Below are positions 25,219 to 32,000 of a stretch of DNA of 32,000 nucleotides, piece after piece. Both the position numbers and the translations under genes were made by a program. Positions within the stretch are counted from its first letter, which is position 1. Every line of letters starts with the position of its first letter. The DNA comes from Mycolicibacterium smegmatis (lineage in GTDB: Bacteria; Actinomycetota; Actinomycetes; Mycobacteriales; Mycobacteriaceae). Location of the stretch: positions 510,001 through 542,000 of the forward strand of contig NZ_LN831039.1 of NCBI RefSeq assembly GCF_001457595.1, written 5' to 3'. Below the pieces are notes generated by a model. That model saw only the letters and a program-made list of their open reading frames with translations. It ran no database searches and was not told the origin of the DNA.

Positions 25219-26619
25219 ATGTACGGTCCACATATGACTGATATATCGGTTGTATGGCGGCTGCGGCCGGAGATGGGCGATCACCGACTTCCCGTGGTGG
25301 CCGACGTCGATGTCGCGGTGGTCGGAGCCGGCGCTGCAGGAGTCGCCGCCGCGACTGTGGCCGCCGAAGCGGGCCTCTCGGTGGTGGTCGTGGAGAAATA
25401 CGGGTTCGCCGGCGGGGCGGCCGTGGCAGGTATGTCCGGCACCATCTGCGGGATGTACCTGGCTTCCGACTCCGCGTCGCGGCCCGAGAGGGTCGTGCAC
25501 GGCTTCACTGAGCGGTTCGCCGGGGAGTTGACCGTCCGCGGCGGACTCACGGCGCCACAGCGATATGGCAAGACCTTCACCGTTGCTCACGATCCGCTGG
25601 TGTGGCGGGAGGTCGCAGATGACCTGATGACCGCGGCAGGCGTCCGAATTCTCTATCACACCCAGGTGATCGATGTCCTGATCGAAGGCGACGACTATCA
25701 GGGGTTGGTTTTGGCGTCGAACGCCGGGGTTGGCGTGGTACGGGCGGCCAGGATCATCGATGCCTCGGGCGACGGTGCGGTGGTGGCACGCGCGGGCGGC
25801 GGGTATCGGTTCGGCGATCACGGGCGCATCCAGAACCCCACGATGTTCTTTCGGCTGGGTAACGTCGATCTGCACGCCTTCTGGTCCGCATGGGGGCCCA
25901 ACACGATCTCACCGCAATGGGTTTCCGACGCCATCGAACAGGCGCGTACCGCTGGACTGGATCTCCCCAGAAACAAGATCTGGATCTTCGACACCACCCG
26001 TCCTGGTGAGTTGCTCGTGAATGCGACCCGGCTCACGGCGCCGGACGGTCGCATGCTGAACGTGATCGACCCTGCGGACTTCACCATTGCTGAGGTCGAG
26101 GGGCGTCGTCAGGTGCGCGCATATGCCCGGTTCCTCGCAGAAAACGTTCCGGGATGTGGGCACGCTTTCGTGGTGGACACCGGCGTCGAAGCAGGCATTC
26201 GTCAGACCCGCACGGTGGACTGCATCGAGACGCTGCGGGACGGTGACGTCGTCGATGGCGCGAAACGTGACGACAGCATCTGCCGATCACCGTGGCCGAT
26301 TGAGTTGCACGACGGTGAAAAGCCCAAGCTTCATTGGCTTCTGGATGACTACTATGACGTCCCATACGGTGCGTTGGTGCCCCAACGCGGTGAGAACATC
26401 ATCGTGGCCGGCCGCTGCTTGAGCGCCGAACACCAGGCGCTCGCCTCTGCGCGGGTCACCGCACAGTGTTTCGAGTACGGCCATGCCGCCGCGGTGGCCA
26501 CCGCCCTCTCACTCGATCGCGGCACTGCCTATCGCGACCTGGACCCGGCCGGTATCCAAGCCCGGATGATCGCCAGCGGAAGCGCATTACGCACCCCTCA
26601 ACGACAGGATGTCCCGTGA
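25219..26619 (+). CDS. FAD-dependent oxidoreductase (FAD_oxidored family)
   Basis: 'DVAVVGAGAAGVAAATVAAEAGLSVVVVEKYGFAGGAAVAGMSGTICGMYL', 'IIDASGDGAVVARAGGGYRFG', 'ETGIRQTRTVDC-like VEAGIRQTRTVDCIETLRDGD', 'VPYGALVPQRGENIIVAGRCLSAEHQALASARVTAQCFEYGHAAAVATALSL'. Start ambiguous (25219, 25234 or 25273). Confidence 0.88.
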   Translation: MYGPHMTDISVVWRLRPEMGDHRLPVVADVDVAVVGAGAAGVAAATVAAEAGLSVVVVEKYGFAGGAAVAGMSGTICGMYLASDSASRPERVVHGFTERFAGELTVRGGLTAPQRYGKTFTVAHDPLVWREVADDLMTAAGVRILYHTQVIDVLIEGDDYQGLVLASNAGVGVVRAARIIDASGDGAVVARAGGGYRFGDHGRIQNPTMFFRLGNVDLHAFWSAWGPNTISPQWVSDAIEQARTAGLDLPRNKIWIFDTTRPGELLVNATRLTAPDGRMLNVIDPADFTIAEVEGRRQVRAYARFLAENVPGCGHAFVVDTGVEAGIRQTRTVDCIETLRDGDVVDGAKRDDSICRSPWPIELHDGEKPKLHWLLDDYYDVPYGALVPQRGENIIVAGRCLSAEHQALASARVTAQCFEYGHAAAVATALSLDRGTAYRDLDPAGIQARMIASGSALRTPQRQDVP

Positions 26620-28310
26620 CCGACAACTTCGAACGCGCAGGCGCGCCCGGCGAACTGCGTAGCAACTTCACGCCGGGAAGCACGCGCTGGGCCGTACGTC
26701 GCGCGCAATGGAGCGCCATGGGGATCGATTGGCGCGACCAGGAGAAGCCCAAGATCGCAATTGTCAACACCTCCTCGAAACTGTCCGTGTGTTTCGCGCA
26801 TCTCGATGACGTGGCCGTGCGGGTCGCCGAGGCGGTACGCGCAGCCGGAGGCCTTCCGTTCGAGATTCGTACGACGGCGCCAAGCGATTTCGTCACCAGT
26901 GCTGGGCGGAAGGCGCGCTACCTGATGCCTACCCGCGATCTCATCGTCAATGATGTCGAGGCAGCGGTGGAAGGTGCGGTGCTCGACGGAGTCGTTTTTC
27001 TCTCGTCGTGTGACAAGACGACTCCTGCGCATCTGATGGCAGCGGCGCGGCTGGACCTTCCTGCCATCGTCGTCATCGGCGGGTACCAACGCGGCGGCAC
27101 CTGGAGCGGATGTTCGGTGGACATTGACACCGTGTACGAATCCGTCGGTGCCTTGACCGCAGGCACGATGACCGTCGACCAACTCGGTGAGTTGGCGGAT
27201 CAGGCGATCGAGGGGCCGGGGGTGTGCGCCGGACTCGCCACCGCGAACACCATGCACTGCCTTGCTGAAGCTCTCGGCATGACGGTGGCGGGATCTGCAC
27301 CGGTACGGGCGAACTCCGATCGAATGCTGGACAATGCCGCAGCAGCCGGACACCACATCGTGAAGATGGTCGAGCAGAACCTCACTGCGCGCCAGGTCAT
27401 CACCGAGAAGTCGATCGAGAACGCCATCGAGGTGGCGCTTGCCCTCGGCGGGTCGGTCAACTGTATTCGCCACCTGGCGGCGATCTGCGCCGAGGCGGAC
27501 CTCGATCTGGATGTGGTTGGCATGTTCGAGAAGCACGGCGGGGATGCCGTCCAGCTCGCGGCCATCCGTCCGAACGGTGCGCACCAGGTGTGGGATCTCG
27601 ACGGAGTGGGCGGCATCCAGACTGTGATGCGTACTCTGCTTCCCCGTCTGCACGGCGATGCGCTCACAGTCGACGGCCGCACCGTGTCAGAGCGTGCAGC
27701 AGATGCGCAACCTGCCGACGGTGACGTGCTGCACCCGCTCGACGACCCCATCAACGACGAGCCCGGCCTGATCATCCTGCGCGGATCCCTGGCGCCGGAT
27801 GGATCGATCGTCAAGGTCGCCGGTGTCGGTAAGGCGACCCGTCGCCAGTTCAATGGCCCGGCAAAGGTTTTCGTGGGTGAGGATGACGCCATTGCCGCAC
27901 TCGGTGACGGCCGGATCCAACGCGGCGACGTCATTGTGCTGCGGGGCATGGGGCCACGTGGAGGGCCGGGCACGGTCTTCGCGGCGAGCTTCGTCGCCGC
28001 GCTGAACGGGGCGGGGCTAGGCGGCCACGTCGCAGTGGTCACCGACGGTGAACTCTCCGGACTCAATCACGGACTCGTGGTCGGGCAGGTCATGCCCGAA
28101 GCCGCCGACGGCGGCCCACTGGCCGGACTCCAGAACGGAGACACCGTCGCGATCGACCTGGACGCTCGTCGGATCGACAGCCACCCGATCCGCGACGGTG
28201 AGCCGGTGCGTGCCACCGGAGAACACCCGGAACGCGGCTGGCTCGGACAGTATGCGGCCCTGGTCGGCCCGGTCCAGCGTGGTGCGGTACTTCGCAGGCC
28301 GCGCAATTGA
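26616..28310 (+). CDS. IlvD/Edd family dehydratase
   Basis: 'RSNFTPGSTRWAVRRAQWSAMGIDWRDQEKPKIAIVNTSSKLSVCFAHLDDVAVRVAEAVRAAGGLPFEIRT', 'VFLSSCDKTTPAHLMAAARLDLPAIVVIGG', 'GVCAGLATANTMHCLAEALGMTVAG', 'NCIRHLAAICAEADLDLD'. GTG start; 4-bp overlap with the upstream stop. Confidence 0.92.
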   Translation: MTDNFERAGAPGELRSNFTPGSTRWAVRRAQWSAMGIDWRDQEKPKIAIVNTSSKLSVCFAHLDDVAVRVAEAVRAAGGLPFEIRTTAPSDFVTSAGRKARYLMPTRDLIVNDVEAAVEGAVLDGVVFLSSCDKTTPAHLMAAARLDLPAIVVIGGYQRGGTWSGCSVDIDTVYESVGALTAGTMTVDQLGELADQAIEGPGVCAGLATANTMHCLAEALGMTVAGSAPVRANSDRMLDNAAAAGHHIVKMVEQNLTARQVITEKSIENAIEVALALGGSVNCIRHLAAICAEADLDLDVVGMFEKHGGDAVQLAAIRPNGAHQVWDLDGVGGIQTVMRTLLPRLHGDALTVDGRTVSERAADAQPADGDVLHPLDDPINDEPGLIILRGSLAPDGSIVKVAGVGKATRRQFNGPAKVFVGEDDAIAALGDGRIQRGDVIVLRGMGPRGGPGTVFAASFVAALNGAGLGGHVAVVTDGELSGLNHGLVVGQVMPEAADGGPLAGLQNGDTVAIDLDARRIDSHPIRDGEPVRATGEHPERGWLGQYAALVGPVQRGAVLRRPRN

Positions 28311-28336
28311 GCTCGCCGAATCGAAGGAGTCATGTC

Positions 28337-29710
28337 ATGAGCAGAGCCGGCAACGATGCCGCTGAAAAGCCGCCGAACCAGGCCAGGAAGGCGGGCATCG
28401 CCGCACTCGTCGGTACCACCTTGGAGTGGTACGACTTTCTCATCTACGGCACGGCCGCCGCGCTCGTGCTCAACTCGCAGTTCTTTCCTGGCGTGAATCC
28501 GACGGCAGGCACGCTGGCAGCCTTCGCGTCGTATGCCGTGGGGTTCCTGGCCCGACCGCTCGGTGGCATCGTGCTCGGCAACATGGGAGACCGGTTGGGG
28601 CGCAAACGGATGCTTGTCTTCACCATCGTGCTGATGGGTGTGGCGACGACGTTGATCGGTGTCTTGCCGAACTACGACGCCATCGGCGTCTTCGCGCCGA
28701 TTCTGTTGATAGTGCTGCGACTGCTCCAGGGTTTCGGTGCGGGTGGGGAGTACGCGGGGGCGGTCGTACTGTCGGTGGAACACGGTGATCAGAAGCGACG
28801 CGGAATGGCCGGTGCTTGGGCACCAACAGGTTTCGCGATCGCGACTCTGTTGTCCACCGGTGTGTTCCAGTTGGCGACGCTCCTGCCCGACGACGCCTTT
28901 CACACCTGGGGATGGCGGGTGCCGTTCCTGCTCGGAGCGGTCCTGCTGGTCGTCGGATACTTCATTCGCCGCAGTATCGACGAAACACAGGCGTACGAGG
29001 ACGCTGTCGCGGCCGAGGCCGAGGGAACCGCTGAGCAGACCAAGATCCCGGTACTGGACGCGATTCGACGCAGCCCACGCAGCTTTCTCGTGGTGGTCGG
29101 ATCCCGTCTGGCGGAGAACGGCTTTGCGTACCTGTTCCCGGTGTTCGCCGTGGGATTCGCGGTCAACTCGCTGGGTGTATCCAGCAGCACCACCTTGCTG
29201 GCGGTCGTGATCGCGTCGGCCGTGCAGATAGGCGCGATACCGGTGTGGGCCAACGTGAGCGACCGCATCGGCCGCCGACCGGTGTACGCAGCGGGTGCCC
29301 TGATCTCGGTGTTGTGGCTCGTGCCCTTCTTCCTGCTGCTCGAATCGCTCAGTCCGGCTCTGCTGGTGCTCGGCTTCGTCGTGGGCTTGGGCATTCTCTA
29401 CCCGGCCATGCTCGCGCCCCAGGCCGCCTACTACGCCGAACTGTTCGATACCCGGACGCGGCTGTCGGGCTTCGCATTCGCCCGTGAGATCGGTTCGGTG
29501 CTGGCCGGTGGATTCCTGCCGTTGATCGCGACGGCACTGATCGCGGCGTTCGGACACTGGTGGGTGATCGTCGTCTACCTCGCCGTCCTCACACTGCTCA
29601 CCCTCGTTGCGCTCGCGTACGGGCCGGAAACCAACCGCAGGGACATCGTGTCTCCGAACGAGACTGATGCGACGGCGTCAGGCACCGAAGTGCGTGTGGC
29701 CCCAAGGTGA
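28337..29710 (+). CDS. MFS transporter, MHS (metabolite:H+ symporter) family
   Basis: 'GTTLEWYDFLIYGTAAALVLNSQFFPG', 'ASYAVGFLARPLGGIVLGNMGDRLGRKRMLVFTIVLMG', 'LLRLLQGFGAGGEYAGAVVLSVEHG', 'RVPFLLGAVLLVVGYFIRRSIDET'. Confidence 0.93.
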   Translation: MSRAGNDAAEKPPNQARKAGIAALVGTTLEWYDFLIYGTAAALVLNSQFFPGVNPTAGTLAAFASYAVGFLARPLGGIVLGNMGDRLGRKRMLVFTIVLMGVATTLIGVLPNYDAIGVFAPILLIVLRLLQGFGAGGEYAGAVVLSVEHGDQKRRGMAGAWAPTGFAIATLLSTGVFQLATLLPDDAFHTWGWRVPFLLGAVLLVVGYFIRRSIDETQAYEDAVAAEAEGTAEQTKIPVLDAIRRSPRSFLVVVGSRLAENGFAYLFPVFAVGFAVNSLGVSSSTTLLAVVIASAVQIGAIPVWANVSDRIGRRPVYAAGALISVLWLVPFFLLLESLSPALLVLGFVVGLGILYPAMLAPQAAYYAELFDTRTRLSGFAFAREIGSVLAGGFLPLIATALIAAFGHWWVIVVYLAVLTLLTLVALAYGPETNRRDIVSPNETDATASGTEVRVAPR

Positions 29711-29714
29711 GGGG

Positions 29715-30824
29715 TCACACGAAGATGTCGGTGGGAATCAATGCGGAAACCAGGATGTTCGGTGCGTCGACGATCTGGCTCAGTCGCAGGTCGACGGCAA
29801 CGCTGCACAAGGCATATGCCTGCTGTCGCGTGAAGCCGCGGTCGACGCTGAGATGGTCGACCATCAGCCGAAGGGCATTGCGGGTCGCCATGTTGAGATT
29901 CTCCGGATGGATCTCGCCCGCGGAGTCGACCGGGATGCCGGTGACGGCGAAGTGTGGCCGGCTTGCGACGTCGGGAGGTCCGGGAGTGAGTCGTTCGAAA
30001 CTCAGGTGAGGAGAATCCTGTGCTGCGGCGGCGCCCTTGCGCAGATCGAAACGTAGTACCACTCGCGCCGTGGTCTCGACTGCCGCACCACACGACTCAC
30101 CGTCACCCTGTGCGAAGTGTCCGTCACCGACCGAGAACAGCGCTCCCGGTACCCACACCGGGAGGTGGACGCGACTGCCTGCGGTCAGGTGTTTGATGTC
30201 GACGTTGCCGGCCGCCTCGGTGGGCGAGATGGTGCGCCGTCCCGGATCCGCCGCGCGGTCCGGTGGCACGGCCGAGGTGGGATTGGGAAGTTCGACCAGT
30301 CCACCGCCCTGCGCGGCGCGCTGTTCGGCCGCCTTGGTGCGGTCGAACAAAGCGCGGGAAGGTGCGACGCCCATGACGCCCATGAACGGTGCTCCCGGTA
30401 GCCGCACGCCGGGCAGGTCCGCCGAATGCGCAAACCCGTCGGCGATCTCCCAGCGCACGATGTGTGGTTCGGTGAACTCCTCACGCAAGAATCCGAACCC
30501 GGGAATGTTCAAGGTGGCTCCGAAGTTCCCGGTGTCCACGGAAAGAACGTCGACCACGAGGAGATCACCGGGTTCGGCACCTTCGATGTGTATCGGCCCC
30601 GTGAGCGGGTGGATACGGGCCAAGTCGGCGCGGAGCACATCGTCGGCGGTCGAGGCGCGGCCGAACTGACCGTCGTAGCCGTCGCGGGTGTCGATCGCCA
30701 CGATATCGCCGGGGACACAACGCAGTACGGCAGGAATGTCGGGATGCCACCGGTTGTGCCCGGCTCGCGGATCCGCGATGAGGGGTCGGTCCAGATCGAC
30801 AGTGATCTCGTGCGTGACATTCAT
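29715..30824 (-). CDS. Acetamidase/formamidase family protein
   Basis: 'VTHEITVDLDRPLIADPRAGHNRWHPDIPAVLRCVPGDIVAIDTRDGYDGQF', 'PLTGPIHIEGAEPGDLLVVDVL', 'LFSVGDGHFAQGDGESCGAAVETTARVVLRFDL', 'YALCSVAVDLRLSQIVDAPNILVSALIP'. Start set at 30824, with ATGA overlap onto the upstream amidase stop. Confidence 0.92.
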   Translation of the reverse strand: MNVTHEITVDLDRPLIADPRAGHNRWHPDIPAVLRCVPGDIVAIDTRDGYDGQFGRASTADDVLRADLARIHPLTGPIHIEGAEPGDLLVVDVLSVDTGNFGATLNIPGFGFLREEFTEPHIVRWEIADGFAHSADLPGVRLPGAPFMGVMGVAPSRALFDRTKAAEQRAAQGGGLVELPNPTSAVPPDRAADPGRRTISPTEAAGNVDIKHLTAGSRVHLPVWVPGALFSVGDGHFAQGDGESCGAAVETTARVVLRFDLRKGAAAAQDSPHLSFERLTPGPPDVASRPHFAVTGIPVDSAGEIHPENLNMATRNALRLMVDHLSVDRGFTRQQAYALCSVAVDLRLSQIVDAPNILVSALIPTDIFV

Positions 30825-32000
30825 GGTGCGCTCACTTTCGCTGGGAGGAACCCGCCGGTCGCCTCTTCGTACGCGTGCGCGACGCGCAACACGGTGGCGT
30901 CGTCGAAATGGCGACCGACGATCATCATGCCCGTCGGCAGGCCGTCCACCAGACCCGCCGGCACACTGCACGCCGGGTGCCCGGATACGTCGAGGCCGGC
31001 CGTGTTGGCCATCATCTCCAATGCACGGGCGAGATACTCGTCGCGGGGAGCATCGGATTCCGGGATCGGCGTGGCCACCAGCGGCGTGGTCGGCATGACG
31101 AGGACGTCGAAGCGTGACAGCGCGTCATCGTACGCGGCCCGCAACCGGGGCACCAGGTTGCGGGCCTTTGCATAATGCGCGCCGTGGTGGCGTCGGATGG
31201 TGTGCCGCCCGGTCAGAAGTACGAGCTTCACGGTGTCCGGCAACAGTGTTCCGTCCGCTTGCCTGCGGGATCCGAAGAATTCGATCAACGCAGGGTCGTA
31301 CGCTCCCTGCCAATTCATCCCGTAGGCATTGCCGTCGACCATCTGGGTCGTCGCACCTTCCACGGCGATCACGTCCCAGATCTTGCGTCCGTGCCGGTGC
31401 CACGGAATCGACACGTTCTCGCACTGCATTCCCTGCGCACGCAACACGTCGACCGCGCGGCGAACAGCGTCGTCCACTCCCGGTACCGCCTCTGGGTGGC
31501 CGAAGCCCTCGCACAGAACGCCGACACGCATCCCGGCGACCGGTCGCTTCAGCTCCGCGACGTAGTCGGGCACGGCGACACGCGTCGGCTGACGCGGGTC
31601 GAGGCCATCGCGTCCGGCGAGGACCCCGAGGAGCAGGGCGGCGTCGGCAACGGTACGTGTCATGGGGCCCAGGTGGTCGAGAGTCTGTTCGATGGGGAAG
31701 GCGCCGGTGTAGGGGACGAGCCCGTGAGTCGGTTTGTGCCCGACGATTCCGGTGAAGGCGGCCGGCAGACGTACCGAACCTCCCTGGTCGCCGCCGGTGG
31801 CGATGTCGACTATGCCGGCCGCGACCAATGCCGCGCTGCCGCTTGACGACCCACCGGAGGTCCGTGTCGGATCCCAGGGGTTTCGCACGGGTCCGGTGGC
31901 GGAGGTGTGTGAAGCTCCGGAGAAGCAGAGGTCTTCGCACACCGCCTTGCCGGCGATCGTGGCGCCGGCAGCCAGCATCCTGCTGATTATGGTGGCGTCG
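30821..32000 (-). CDS. Amidase (amidase signature family), 5' end outside the window
   Basis: Frame stays open to the right edge ('DATIISRMLAAGATIAGKAVCEDLCFSG'); 'GTSGGSSSGSAALVAAGIVDIATGGDQGGSVRLPAAFTGIVGHKPTHGLVPYTG' Ser-Ser-Lys amidase signature; 'DHLGPMTRTVADAALLLGVLAG'. Confidence 0.93.
   Translation of the reverse strand, partial: DATIISRMLAAGATIAGKAVCEDLCFSGASHTSATGPVRNPWDPTRTSGGSSSGSAALVAAGIVDIATGGDQGGSVRLPAAFTGIVGHKPTHGLVPYTGAFPIEQTLDHLGPMTRTVADAALLLGVLAGRDGLDPRQPTRVAVPDYVAELKRPVAGMRVGVLCEGFGHPEAVPGVDDAVRRAVDVLRAQGMQCENVSIPWHRHGRKIWDVIAVEGATTQMVDGNAYGMNWQGAYDPALIEFFGSRRQADGTLLPDTVKLVLLTGRHTIRRHHGAHYAKARNLVPRLRAAYDDALSRFDVLVMPTTPLVATPIPESDAPRDEYLARALEMMANTAGLDVSGHPACSVPAGLVDGLPTGMMIVGRHFDDATVLRVAHAYEEATGGFLPAKVSAP

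Noticed and set aside
26598-27653. 351-aa minus-strand ORF
   Set aside because: Antisense shadow of the IlvD/Edd-family dehydratase.
28067-29557. 496-aa minus-strand ORF
   Set aside because: Shadow frame of the MFS transporter; no recognisable domain and biased composition.
1-32000. CRISPR arrays, transposases, integrases, tRNA/rRNA genes, toxin-antitoxin or phage-defence islands
   Set aside because: None seen: no regularly spaced short repeats, no transposase/recombinase motifs, no tRNA-like cloverleaf with CCA context, and no small paired toxin-antitoxin genes with supporting motifs.

Overview
GC-rich, gene-dense actinobacterial chromosome segment. The MmpS/MmpL pair and the divergent GyrB-like gene suggest a fast-growing mycobacterium (inference). 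I support 27 protein-coding genes and no RNA genes, CRISPR arrays or mobile elements. Left part: 5' portion of a divergent type II topoisomerase ATPase subunit, a HisKA_3-type kinase/LuxR regulator pair, alpha/beta hydrolase, YigZ/IMPACT protein, MmpS-MmpL-TetR module, ThiD/PdxK-like kinase, DUF4344-like metallopeptidase lipoprotein, LysE exporter, MarR-GNAT fusion protein, divergent EamA/LysR pair, carboxylesterase, and a secreted Cys-rich tandem-repeat lipoprotein. Right part: a compact catabolic block (GntR, FAD oxidoreductase, IlvD/Edd-family dehydratase, MHS-type MFS transporter) convergent with an acetamidase/formamidase and amidase pair. The most interesting region is about 16.5-24.5 kb, a tightly coupled operon-like block. 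It encodes an orphan LuxR regulator whose receiver domain lacks the phosphoacceptor Asp, a GlmS paralog, a UDP-HexNAc-type 6-dehydrogenase, a hyaluronan-synthase-like membrane GT2, a membrane-anchored CE4/IcaB-PgaB-like deacetylase with a C-terminal beta-sandwich-like domain, and a small secreted beta-sandwich-like protein. I propose it as a candidate synthase-dependent, amino-sugar/uronic-acid exopolysaccharide system. All family calls are by eye from motifs; no database search was run.
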